41,776 nt of DNA. It comes from Bacteroidales bacterium UBA6346. Its GTDB lineage: Bacteria; Bacteroidota; Bacteroidia; Bacteroidales; UBA932. Shown in pieces: positions 20,776-30,212 of this stretch. Location of the stretch: contig DJSA01000123.1 in assembly GCA_002438905.1 (NCBI GenBank), positions 1-41,776 of the forward strand, given 5' to 3'. The position numbers were made by a program, and so were the translations under genes. The notes below the pieces were generated by a model. It saw nothing but the letters and a program-made list of their open reading frames with translations, did no database searches and was not told the origin of the DNA. Each line of letters starts with the position of its first letter. Position 1 is the stretch's first letter.

Positions 20776-22530
20776 CTATTTGAGTGCAGCGAGTATGTCT
20801 TCGGTGATTAATTCCGGTGTAACCCGGTTGCGCTTGGCCAGTTCCGCAAAAGGAACGCGGTCGTAAAATTCCTTGCGCAGCCCCTTGCAAAGCACTTTCA
20901 TCGGTGATAGCCCATAGTGGCGGGCAATCTTCTCCCCGAACCCTCCGTCAAGCACGCCATTTTCAAGAGTCACCACAATCTCGTGGGCTTCTGCCAGACT
21001 GTCAAGCAGTTCAGTGTCGACTCCTGTAACATAGCGCGGATTCACAAGAGTTGCGTCGATTCCGTGTTTCCCGAGCAGGGCTGCAACCTTCTCACCGAGA
21101 GAAAACCAGTCTCCGAGTCCGATTATGGCGACCTTGCTGCCCTTGTGCTCAATCTTGTAGCGGTTCAGCTCATCATAGGCGCTGTCGAACTTCACGTCCG
21201 GGCGGGAGATCACAGTGCTTGGAATACGGAGAGCAACCGGATGCGAGGTCTGGGCCACAGCCCAGTCCATCATCTTGTAGTATTCCTCCTTGCATGTCGG
21301 AGCGAGGTAGACAAGGTTAGGGATATTGGACATCAGTGGGATGTCGAAAATACAGAGATGCGTCGTGTCGCTCATTCCCTCGGCTCCGGCCATTGTGATC
21401 AGCAGCACCGCAGGGTTGTTGTTTATGCACAGATCCTGCGAAAGCTGGTCGTAGGTGCGCTGGATGAAAGTGCTATGGGTGCTGAAGATCGGCCGCGCCC
21501 CGCCCTTGGCGAGTCCAGATGCCATCGCCACAGCATTCTCTTCAGCGATTCCAACGTCAATGAACTGCTTCCCAGCCTCTTTCCTGCGCTCCGGACCGAA
21601 ACCTATTCCGGCAGGAACGGCAGCATGCATCACAACCACCTGTGGATTTCCATGAATTCTGAGCATCAGATCCTGTCCGAGAATATCGCTCCAGTTTTCT
21701 CCGTTGCCGGACGTCTTGACGAGGCCGGTCTCCTTGTAGAAAGGCGGAATCCAGTGGAAACGTTCCTTATACTCTTCGGCAAACTTATAGCCCTTGCCCT
21801 TGAGCGTGTGCATGTGCACCACAACAGGGTGTGTGCTGTCCTTAACGCCGCGGAATGCGGTTATGAGGGTCTGTATGTCATTGCCCTGCTCAACATACAC
21901 ATAGTCCAGTCCGAGGGACTTGAACCAGTTATTCTCCGACTTTCCTCCTGTTCTGCGCAGTTCGGCAAGCGAGCCATAGAGTCCTCCGTGATCCTCCGCG
22001 ATTGACATCTGATTGTCATTCACGATGATGATGAGGTTCGTGCCATATTCGCCGGCGTTGTCCAGACCCTCGAAAGCCTCGCCTCCGCTGAGTGAACCAT
22101 CGCCTATTATTGCGATGACGTTTCCGGATTCGCCACGTATATCGCGAGCTTTCGCAAGCCCGAGGGCCAAGCTGACCGAGGTTGAGGTGTGGCCCATCAT
22201 GAACCAGTCGTGCGGACTTTCGCGAGGCTCGCTATAGCCTGATACCTCATTATATTTGGAAGGGTCTGTGAACGCCTCCTCTCTTCCGGTGAGCATCTTG
22301 TGTGCATATGACTGATGCGAGACATCGAAAACCAGCTTGTCCTTCGGTGAGTCGAAAACATAGTGCAGAGCTATCGTCGCCTCCACCATTCCGAGGTTCG
22401 ATCCGACATGACCTCCGCATGCGGACAATTTGTCAATAAGCGCATTACGCATTTCACCTGCGAGTGACTCTAATTGCGCCACGTCCAACTTCTTGACGTC
22501 GGCAGGCGATTTGATTTTTTCGAGAATCAT
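20776..22530 (-). CDS. dxs: 1-deoxy-D-xylulose-5-phosphate synthase (short form)
   Basis: GGHVGSNLG, DVSHQSYAHKMLTGR, GHTSTS, TPP motif IGDGSLSGG...NDNQMSI, DVGIAEE. Start set to ATG 22530; -7 element TATCTTTG at 22584-22577. Confidence 0.92.
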   Translation of the reverse strand: MILEKIKSPADVKKLDVAQLESLAGEMRNALIDKLSACGGHVGSNLGMVEATIALHYVFDSPKDKLVFDVSHQSYAHKMLTGREEAFTDPSKYNEVSGYSEPRESPHDWFMMGHTSTSVSLALGLAKARDIRGESGNVIAIIGDGSLSGGEAFEGLDNAGEYGTNLIIIVNDNQMSIAEDHGGLYGSLAELRRTGGKSENNWFKSLGLDYVYVEQGNDIQTLITAFRGVKDSTHPVVVHMHTLKGKGYKFAEEYKERFHWIPPFYKETGLVKTSGNGENWSDILGQDLMLRIHGNPQVVVMHAAVPAGIGFGPERRKEAGKQFIDVGIAEENAVAMASGLAKGGARPIFSTHSTFIQRTYDQLSQDLCINNNPAVLLITMAGAEGMSDTTHLCIFDIPLMSNIPNLVYLAPTCKEEYYKMMDWAVAQTSHPVALRIPSTVISRPDVKFDSAYDELNRYKIEHKGSKVAIIGLGDWFSLGEKVAALLGKHGIDATLVNPRYVTGVDTELLDSLAEAHEIVVTLENGVLDGGFGEKIARHYGLSPMKVLCKGLRKEFYDRVPFAELAKRNRVTPELITEDILAALK

Positions 22531-22792
22531 TTTATAATATATTTGAGCGTTATCGGTCAAAACCACATAAGCAATGCAAAGATAATGCAATATTTCCTCC
22601 TTCTGCTTATCATGATGATGGAATTGCCATTCTTGTTGTTTTGTATGAAATTGGGGTAGTGTGGTTTTAAATTGAAAGTTTATGGGGTTGTTGTATTAAC
22701 AATATGGCGTAGTGCGTGTCAGAAAGCTTTGAGTATGTAATGGAGATATATTGAGAGAGTGGAGGTTTGTCATTCAGAAAAATAAAAAAAAT

Positions 22793-22824
22793 CTTGCATT
22801 TCTCTTTCTGAAAAACTAACTTTG
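22793..22824 (+). promoter_or_regulatory. Promoter for the surface lipoprotein/SusCD locus
   Basis: CTTG 22793-22796, 20-nt spacer, TAACTTTG 22817-22824. Confidence 0.65.
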
Positions 22825-22861
22825 GAACTCATACGGTTAGTGTGTTAGGTTTTAGGTGTAT

Positions 22862-24694
22862 ATGAATTTTAGAAAACTTTCAATGGGGGGGGGATTGATA
22901 GTCTCCATCCTCTGTCTGCTTAACGGGTGCGATGACGCACTGAAAGAGAACAATGGCAACGGCGGCAAAGAAGAGCCGGAAAAAGTCAAGGTAGAATTTT
23001 CTCAGAATGAAATATCGATTCCTGTAAACGGGACTTCGACCCTCGAGCTCGCGGTCACTCCGATAGAGCGTGCCGGCGAGGTTACGGTGGAGGTGGCTGA
23101 CGATGAGGTCGTGTCAATTGTGTCGAAGACTGTTTCCGAAACTGCAATTGTTCTCGAACTCAAGGCCTTGAGTATCAATCCGACTACTATATTCGCTTTT
23201 CACGATGACCTTGATGCTCCAGTAAAATGTGCCGTTACGGTTTCTCCTATTGGAGTTGAAGGCGTCCGGCTTAATCAGACGGCTGTCGCGCTGAAAATCG
23301 GCGAGACAGTCACATTAAGCGCGTCCGTTCTTCCGGAGGATGCGACGAGCCCAAGAATTAGTTGGAAGTCGGATGACGAGTCTGTTGCGACCGTCGAAGG
23401 CGGCATCGTGACCGGCGTCAAAGAGGGAACGACTACAATCACGGCAATCTGTCAGGAAAAGGAGGCAAAGTGCGAGGTTTCTGTCTCTGCAATAAGGGCA
23501 ACTTCTCTCAAACTCACTGTCGATGGGATAGAGACTGCTCAGAAGCATATCTCTGTGAATGAGAAAATTAAGGTCGATGCTGAAATACTTCCTGAAGATG
23601 TCAGCTATAAGACTGTAGAATGGACGGTCGCGGACGGTGACGCGATAAGCTGCGAACCAATCGTCATCGATGGTTCAACGGTTTCTGTTTATGTCACGGC
23701 CGTAAGTCCCGGCACTGCAAAACTCATCGCAAAGATTGAAGATGGCAGCGAGGGAGCACTCACTGCGACAATCGAGGTCGGCGTCCAGCAGGTTGCACGC
23801 CCGAGTGAGGAGCCGAAAATCGGTGACTACTTCTATTCCGACGGAACATGGAGCGACGGAGGACTTATCTCTATCAACGAGGACGGAACCGGTGCCAAAT
23901 GGCTCACCGGGCTTGACAAACCTGCGCCGGATCCGAACAAGACAGTAATCGGTATCGTCTTCCAGACCAATCAGGAGCGTATCTCGCAGGAAGAGAAAGA
24001 CCTTGGATACACTCACGGACTTGTGTTCGGTCTCAAAGCAGCATTTGCTCCTGTCGATCCAGAATCGGCAAATCATAAACTCGATTCACTTACACGCTAC
24101 GCTACATCAACAGCTGACATTTCTGCTGTCAACATCACTCCTCACAAGGCTACGGAAGCCTGCTATAATGACATCTGGGGTTACAGCTGGAACAAGGCTA
24201 TTTTGTCCGCATTCCCTAAGGGAAGTTCAAAGATACAACAGGTTCCGGCTTTCGACTGGGTTCATACGGACTTCTCTCCGGCCGCTCCGTCCAATACCTC
24301 CGGATGGTACATCCCGAGCAGCGGACAGTTGTGGGATCTTGTCGCCAACCTATGCGGCGATGAAGTCATTGAACTCCTTGCTGAAGCGAAACTGGGTGAT
24401 GTTGACTTATATAGAGTCGATCAATACTATGAAGGCCTGACATCCCTTAAGTTCAATCCCGTTGAAAAACTCAACTCCTATTGGGCTTTGGTGCCAAATG
24501 AGATGAAGCATAACTTGAAGTATTCCAATGACCGAGGTTATCAGAAGGTCTGTGAACTTATGTCTTCAAGCCTTTATGTCCATGATGGGGATGAGCAGTG
24601 CATCATTTTCTGGCTTTCTGACGATGGTAATCTGTATCCATATATGGATTATACGGATGACTCTATTGTCTGCCATCCGGTACTCTCATTCTAA
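22862..24694 (+). CDS. Surface lipoprotein with ~3 Ig-like (Big_2) domains and a C-terminal C-type-lectin-like adhesin domain
   Basis: Lipobox LNGC-DD; Big_2 pattern (VRLNQTAVALKIGETVTLSASVLPEDAT..ISWKSDDESVATVEGGIVTGVKEGTTTITA); KIGDYFYSDGTWS..VIGIVF..HGLV..GWYIPSSGQL..HPVLSF. Confidence 0.75.
   Translation: MNFRKLSMGGGLIVSILCLLNGCDDALKENNGNGGKEEPEKVKVEFSQNEISIPVNGTSTLELAVTPIERAGEVTVEVADDEVVSIVSKTVSETAIVLELKALSINPTTIFAFHDDLDAPVKCAVTVSPIGVEGVRLNQTAVALKIGETVTLSASVLPEDATSPRISWKSDDESVATVEGGIVTGVKEGTTTITAICQEKEAKCEVSVSAIRATSLKLTVDGIETAQKHISVNEKIKVDAEILPEDVSYKTVEWTVADGDAISCEPIVIDGSTVSVYVTAVSPGTAKLIAKIEDGSEGALTATIEVGVQQVARPSEEPKIGDYFYSDGTWSDGGLISINEDGTGAKWLTGLDKPAPDPNKTVIGIVFQTNQERISQEEKDLGYTHGLVFGLKAAFAPVDPESANHKLDSLTRYATSTADISAVNITPHKATEACYNDIWGYSWNKAILSAFPKGSSKIQQVPAFDWVHTDFSPAAPSNTSGWYIPSSGQLWDLVANLCGDEVIELLAEAKLGDVDLYRVDQYYEGLTSLKFNPVEKLNSYWALVPNEMKHNLKYSNDRGYQKVCELMSSSLYVHDGDEQCIIFWLSDDGNLYPYMDYTDDSIVCHPVLSF
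22885..22893 (+). repeat. G9 homopolymer within signal-peptide codons
   Basis: ATG GGG GGG GGA read directly. Confidence 0.9.
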
Positions 24695-24722
24695 AGTACG
24701 AATTTTAATTAACGGTTAAAAT

Positions 24723-25574
24723 ATGAAAAAAGTATTATTCGCAATCGTTGCGGTTGCGGGCATTGCCTGCTCCTGCACGAAGGACCTTGAAGACAGAGTA
24801 GGGGTTCTTGAGAAGAAAGTGGCCGCACTTGAGGAGGCGGTCAACACCAATGCAGACGCGATAGCGGAGCTGAAGACTGCTGCGGCAAATTCGGTGGCCA
24901 TCGCTTCGGTGGAAAAGAAAGACGGATATTATGAGATAAAGTTCGCCGACGGAACAACCGCAAAGCTTCATGACACGAGCATCATCGGCGTCAAGGAAAT
25001 CGATGGTGTACTCTATTGGACAAATAACGGCGAGGTTCTTCAGAACAATGGCGTGAACGTGCGCGTGTCCGATGCCGCCCCGAAGTTCAAGTATGAGGAC
25101 AACACGTGGAAAGTCTCTTACGATGAGGGCACTACATGGACTGTCATTACGTTCGACACCAAGGAAGTTTCCGTGACAATGGAGGAGACCGCAGAGGAGT
25201 ATGTCTTCACCATTGCCGACGTCAAGATTCATGTCGCGAAGGACAAGGCATTTGCCATTAAGGTGACCTACGATGAGAAGAACGGCTTTAACGGCGACAA
25301 GATCGCGTTCGATTATACTATAACCGGCGCGGACGAGACAACCAAGGTCTATGTCGAGTCAAAGGGTTATGAATATGAACTTGATAAAGAGAACAACAAG
25401 TTGTATGTGATCGTTCCTGCTGCCGGTGACAAAGCCGAGTACATCGTGCTCAAGGCCGTTCGCAACAGTGACGGAAAGTCATCTTCGCAGTACATCACAA
25501 TCGTGCTTGAAGACCGTTACGGCACATTTGGCGGCGTGATAATCAAGGACGACAATCCTTACAAGGGGTGGTAA
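24723..25574 (+). CDS. Lipoprotein with DUF4988-like N-terminal coiled-coil/beta domain
   Basis: ACSC-TKD lipobox; heptads DLEDRVGVLEKKVAALEEAV; YEIKFADGT, IGVKEIDGVLYWT, WKVSYDEGTTW. Confidence 0.65.
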   Translation: MKKVLFAIVAVAGIACSCTKDLEDRVGVLEKKVAALEEAVNTNADAIAELKTAAANSVAIASVEKKDGYYEIKFADGTTAKLHDTSIIGVKEIDGVLYWTNNGEVLQNNGVNVRVSDAAPKFKYEDNTWKVSYDEGTTWTVITFDTKEVSVTMEETAEEYVFTIADVKIHVAKDKAFAIKVTYDEKNGFNGDKIAFDYTITGADETTKVYVESKGYEYELDKENNKLYVIVPAAGDKAEYIVLKAVRNSDGKSSSQYITIVLEDRYGTFGGVIIKDDNPYKGW

Positions 25575-25613
25575 TGCATGCAGGTGGTAATTAACCCTAA
25601 AAGACGAAATACA

Positions 25614-27926
25614 ATGAAAAAGATAGCATATATCGCGGCCGCGCTCATCGCGGTGGTCGGCTGCTCAAAGAAGGAAATTGTTCCGGAGACTGCAAATGGT
25701 ACAAGTAATATCGCCTTGTCATTGAAGGTGGCGGGAGATGTGACTAAGGCTGCTTTTGATGGCGATAAATACATCAAGTTTTCCGATAAGGATAAATTCT
25801 ATGCGGCCATTGCGAAGGCAGATACACCTACGAGGGCTGTTGCCGTTGCCTATGGCGATCAAAGGGAGGCGGATCGCTATTTTAGCACATTCACCTTGAA
25901 TGACGCGACAGTCGCCGAACCGACATTCAATGGTACATTTTATAGCATAACGGAAGCTAATAAGGCTGATGAATATTGTCTATACGGAGTGTTCCCTACC
26001 GATGCTCTCTACACCTACTATCTCACGACAGAAGACACTGATGGAGACCTGCTCACCAACTGGATTGTGACCCTTCCGGATGATCAGTCAGCCGCAACGC
26101 AGACTTCTTGGGCACCGAAAGCAAATGTGATGGTTCTCAAACCGACAACTATTAAATATAATGAAAGTGCCTCATATGAGTATAAGACCGGTAAAGAGTA
26201 TAATTCCACAGGCGAGAATGAACTGGTGGAGTTCGCGCATCTTTTCGGTTATGGAAAAATCAACTTCGCCGATGTTCCATCAGAATATGAGGACTGTGTA
26301 GTCAAATCGGTAAGCATCAAGGCTGTAGGCGACGACCAAGTGATAGCCGGCCGCTTCTATGTCGATGTCACCAAGGAGATCGGAGAATATGAACTCAAGC
26401 CATACACCAAGAAGAATACGATTACCCTCAAAGGTGATGGCGAAACCACAATAAAGGATTATATCGCGTGGTTTGCAGCAAAACCAGGTACTTACGATGT
26501 TGACATCACGGTAACTACAACGCGGGCTATTCTTACATTCGAAACTCGTCAGGGTCTGGAAATAAGCGCCGGACACATCGCTGCTCCTACCGTGCATTTC
26601 AAGAATGCTGACACGAGTGATAATCTTGATGTTACAATTGCAGAAGGAGCATCTTGGAGCATGAACATCTCTTCTTCCAGTCAGTGCATTACGACCGACA
26701 GCAAAGAGTGGGGCGATGCAGGCATGGACAAGATGAATTTCAGTCTTACCTTCCCTAATAAAGAGAAAGACGCAGCCGGCAGCTATATTGGCTCATACGG
26801 TAACTATAAGCAGAAACTTGCCACTCAAAAAGTACAGAAATTGGTTCTTGCGTCCGAGGCTTACTTCAACGGAATGAAGGCCGTGAAGATGAATCTTGGC
26901 ATCAATACCGCAGATGTTACAGCCGACTTTACTGTCAGTGTGGTCAAGGGAGCAAAAACAGTGGAACTCGGAAAAGTCAAGGTTACTGGTGACGCTTCAA
27001 GCATTGACGGCGAGAACTTCTATTTCAACACCACAGAGGAAAGCGAAAGCGGATCCCTCGTCCTCACGGTTGACAACTTCTCCACTACCGAGAAATACTG
27101 CATCCCTTACCTTGGATGTGTCGTGATAAATCCTGCTCCTGAAATAGTTCTGAGCGAGACCTCTCTCAAGGTCGAGAAGGCTGGCGCAACGACAAGTATA
27201 GACTGCACTGTCAAGGCGGCTACGGGTGACCCGACGGTGAGTGTCGCTGAAGATGCCTCATCTTGGCTTAGCGCGAATTATGCTGACGGCAAAATAAATG
27301 TCACCGTGGCAGAGAACACAGGCGCGAAGAGGACGGGTGTCATCACAGTCAAGGCCACCGGCTTTGCAGAGGCCACGTCTGAAATCACAGTTACACAGTT
27401 GAGCGCAACAGCAGTTAAATATACCCTTACAGTCACTGCTGCCGATGTGAAAAAAGCAATTGATGCCGCTCTTGGCGGAGCCGCCGCAACAGACAGCTAT
27501 ATTCCGCTTGCCACATCTTTCGACGCGACATCCGCTGACGGGAAGACTTATGCAGTCCCTGTCACATTCACTTACATCAACTATGCTACTGCCACGGATG
27601 AGTATTTCACCGTCTCTACTCAAGCATATTCTAAACAGTCTGAAATTAAATGTACCTCGGCCATCGGTGCAATTTCGAAATTTGTTCTTGTCGCAGACAA
27701 GTATAACAATGCCAACTATTTCTCTGATTGCCGCATACAGCTTTCATCCAACGGAAGTTCTTGGGCGGATCCTGCTTCAGTATCTTATGTCAAGGGCGAC
27801 GATGAGTATTATACCAGCACGGCTCTCAACGAGGATGAAACCAAGACATGGTTTAACATTAAGACTACGGATTATGTTAAATACTTGAAAGTTAAGAGTT
27901 TTGAGGTGACTTTCGTGGTTGACTAA
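25614..27926 (+). CDS. Fimbrillin/type V pilin-like lipoprotein with BACON domain
   Basis: VVGC-SKKE lipobox, VTK-A propeptide-like site, YGVFP..VTLPDDQ..VEFAHLFG pilin-like motifs; BACON (SWLSANY...AENTGAKRTGVITV...ITVTQ). Start set to ATG 25614. Confidence 0.65.
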   Translation: MKKIAYIAAALIAVVGCSKKEIVPETANGTSNIALSLKVAGDVTKAAFDGDKYIKFSDKDKFYAAIAKADTPTRAVAVAYGDQREADRYFSTFTLNDATVAEPTFNGTFYSITEANKADEYCLYGVFPTDALYTYYLTTEDTDGDLLTNWIVTLPDDQSAATQTSWAPKANVMVLKPTTIKYNESASYEYKTGKEYNSTGENELVEFAHLFGYGKINFADVPSEYEDCVVKSVSIKAVGDDQVIAGRFYVDVTKEIGEYELKPYTKKNTITLKGDGETTIKDYIAWFAAKPGTYDVDITVTTTRAILTFETRQGLEISAGHIAAPTVHFKNADTSDNLDVTIAEGASWSMNISSSSQCITTDSKEWGDAGMDKMNFSLTFPNKEKDAAGSYIGSYGNYKQKLATQKVQKLVLASEAYFNGMKAVKMNLGINTADVTADFTVSVVKGAKTVELGKVKVTGDASSIDGENFYFNTTEESESGSLVLTVDNFSTTEKYCIPYLGCVVINPAPEIVLSETSLKVEKAGATTSIDCTVKAATGDPTVSVAEDASSWLSANYADGKINVTVAENTGAKRTGVITVKATGFAEATSEITVTQLSATAVKYTLTVTAADVKKAIDAALGGAAATDSYIPLATSFDATSADGKTYAVPVTFTYINYATATDEYFTVSTQAYSKQSEIKCTSAIGAISKFVLVADKYNNANYFSDCRIQLSSNGSSWADPASVSYVKGDDEYYTSTALNEDETKTWFNIKTTDYVKYLKVKSFEVTFVVD

Positions 27927-27937
27927 TCAGATACTGA

Positions 27938-29071
27938 ATGAAAGGAAATTTTATCAAAGAATATTTCAAGGCGATTGTGGCTACGGCATTGACCGTAGCC
28001 ACAATTTCCGCTTGTGAAAAGTCTCCTGCGGGTGATGGTGAGGAAGTGATCGATTCCGAGATAAACATTGAGGGCAAGAAAGTCATTCCCGTGGATCCGG
28101 AAGCAGGCGAATTTGAGATAAGCTATACGGTTTCTGGCGCTTCTTTCGACAAGGAGGCCGTTGCCGTTCCTGATGCTGAATGGCTGTCTGTCGCTGCAGC
28201 GGATGAGACTGAAGTCAAGTCTGCCGAGACACCGGTCGGCGAGGTCAGGACTGTCAAGATTGCCTGTGCTGCCAATGAGACTGCGGAAGACCGCACCGCC
28301 AAGGTGGCATTGACACTTAAAGGTGCCAAGAGCGTGAGTGTGTCCATACTCCAGAAGGCAGGTACGGACTATAAGGTCAATCCGACAATGAAACTGTCGC
28401 TCGATGTGGCTGACATTGATGAGACTTCCGCTCTCATAACGGTGGCTCCAAATGCGGACTCGTACTACTACTATTGCGTTGCGACTGCCGAGGTCTTTAA
28501 TTCCTACACCGAGAAGTCTGGTTTTCTTGCTGACAGGGTGGCTGCAATCAAGAATGCCGCGAAGACATACTCCGAAAAATATGGCACGCCATATTCCCTT
28601 TCCGGCTACCTCTACAAGGGCTATCGGGCGCAGACCTACAAAGGATTCACTCCGGATACGGACTTTGTCATTGTTGCGTTCGACATGGCGCTTTCGGGGG
28701 AGTATAGCGGCAACTATGAAACCCTTGCATTCAAGACAAAGGCCGTTACGCCTTCCTCCAGCGAATTTGAGATAACGTTGAGTAATGACAAGTCTGCGGT
28801 CAAGGTCGCTCCGCGCGACAAGACTGTCTCATACTACATCGTACTTACGAACGCTTCGCTTTGGGAGCAGTATATGACTCCGGAGGGATGTGTGGAGGCC
28901 TATATGGACAACTATACTCCAGACACGGAATATGTGGGTGATTCCCCGGTGCTCTCGACTGGACTTAATGGCGCAGGTGATTATCTGCTGCTTGTCTTTG
29001 GCTATGACACGGCTTTGGAGAAGACTACTACGGGGATATCATATCTCCTTTTCCACTACGACGGAGAGTAG
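27938..29071 (+). CDS. BACON-domain lipoprotein with two atypical Fn3-like domains
   Basis: ISAC-EK lipobox; DAEWLSV...ANETAEDRTAKVALT...ILQK; FTPDTDFVIVAFD. Confidence 0.7.
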   Translation: MKGNFIKEYFKAIVATALTVATISACEKSPAGDGEEVIDSEINIEGKKVIPVDPEAGEFEISYTVSGASFDKEAVAVPDAEWLSVAAADETEVKSAETPVGEVRTVKIACAANETAEDRTAKVALTLKGAKSVSVSILQKAGTDYKVNPTMKLSLDVADIDETSALITVAPNADSYYYYCVATAEVFNSYTEKSGFLADRVAAIKNAAKTYSEKYGTPYSLSGYLYKGYRAQTYKGFTPDTDFVIVAFDMALSGEYSGNYETLAFKTKAVTPSSSEFEITLSNDKSAVKVAPRDKTVSYYIVLTNASLWEQYMTPEGCVEAYMDNYTPDTEYVGDSPVLSTGLNGAGDYLLLVFGYDTALEKTTTGISYLLFHYDGE

Positions 29072-29127
29072 AGCTTGCGTGTCCGGGAGGAAGAGCCCGG
29101 AACGGAAATTTTTGATAGTGTAAACAT

Positions 29128-30207
29128 ATGAAACTGAAAAGTGTTTTTTATCCGCTTTTTGTCGGGATTCTCTGTGCGGGACTGCTCTCGTGCGGGAAGG
29201 AAAATCCGGCGACGGAAGAAGTCACCTCTACATTCAAGGTAGAGAAGCGGCTGCTGACCGTCGGTGTTGACGGCGGCTCCTTCAATTTTGACTACAGCAT
29301 TTCCGGACCTAAAGAAGGAAATGTTGCCGAGGTCGTCTCCGATTCTGATTGGCTCAAGATCGGGTTGGTTTTTAATTCTTCGTTCTCCTTCTCCGTCGCT
29401 CCGAATGCTACGGGCGAGGATAGGGAGGCTACGATTACGATGACCTGTGACGGCGTGAAGCCGTTGAAAGTAGTGGTGATGCAGAGCCGCAAAAAGGAAG
29501 ACACTCCTATTTTCAGCAATTATGAGATAACGGTCAGCGACGTGACCACATCTTCTGCAAAGATTCGTGTGGTGCCGGTCGATGCCGGCAAAACCTACTT
29601 CTGTGATGTCGTCAAGAAATCGGATTTCGACTCCATGGAAGCTGACGATTATATCGAGGCCAGAATCAGTCAGATAAAGAAAAAGCTGGCGGCCTATCCC
29701 TATCCCGGAGCGACATTGAGTTCGTTCCTCAGCAAGGGTGTTATTGAGGTCAGCAATTCTTCTCTGTATGACAGGACTGACTATTATGTGACGGCCTTTG
29801 ACTTGAGCTTTAACGATGCCGACGGGACTGCTGCATACAGCGGAAACATAGACAAGACAGCGTTCAGTTCCTTGTCTGCGTCTGCATCTAATATGAATCT
29901 GCATCTCGTTTATAAAGGCGGATTTGTTACCGTGACGTCGGACTCCTCGGACAGCTATGTCTACGATATCATGAAAAAGGAATTGTGGGAGGAATTCGAG
30001 AACCCCGATGATGCGGCTCATATTTACATATCAACGCTTAAGGGCTATAATAGACTTGAAGTTCACACTGGAACTGTTCAGATTGACCTTGAGGCGAAAG
30101 AATGTATAAAGGGCGAGAAATATGTGGCATACGCGGTGGGATACCGCGACAGCGCCACCGACGGCGGTCTCACGACCGAAGTGAAATTTATTGAGTTTAC
30201 TTATTGA
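29128..30207 (+). CDS. BACON-domain lipoprotein, paralog of the upstream gene
   Basis: LLSC-GKE lipobox; DSDWLKI...PNATGEDREATITMT...VMQS; RTDYYVTAFD..YSGN. Confidence 0.7.
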   Translation: MKLKSVFYPLFVGILCAGLLSCGKENPATEEVTSTFKVEKRLLTVGVDGGSFNFDYSISGPKEGNVAEVVSDSDWLKIGLVFNSSFSFSVAPNATGEDREATITMTCDGVKPLKVVVMQSRKKEDTPIFSNYEITVSDVTTSSAKIRVVPVDAGKTYFCDVVKKSDFDSMEADDYIEARISQIKKKLAAYPYPGATLSSFLSKGVIEVSNSSLYDRTDYYVTAFDLSFNDADGTAAYSGNIDKTAFSSLSASASNMNLHLVYKGGFVTVTSDSSDSYVYDIMKKELWEEFENPDDAAHIYISTLKGYNRLEVHTGTVQIDLEAKECIKGEKYVAYAVGYRDSATDGGLTTEVKFIEFTY

Positions 30208-30212
30208 TATTT

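Noticed and set aside
20917..22005. Long antisense ORFs (362 aa here; also 29056-30021 and 39461-40318)
   Set aside because: Shadows of real genes on the opposite strand with no recognisable motifs
22681..22697. TATGGGGTTGTTGTATT resembling 40891-40907 near glnA as a shared motif
   Set aside because: 12/17 match in low-complexity G/T sequence is too weak
25565..25592. GGTGGTAAT direct repeat at a gene junction
   Set aside because: Two 9-bp copies only; not CRISPR-like and plausibly chance
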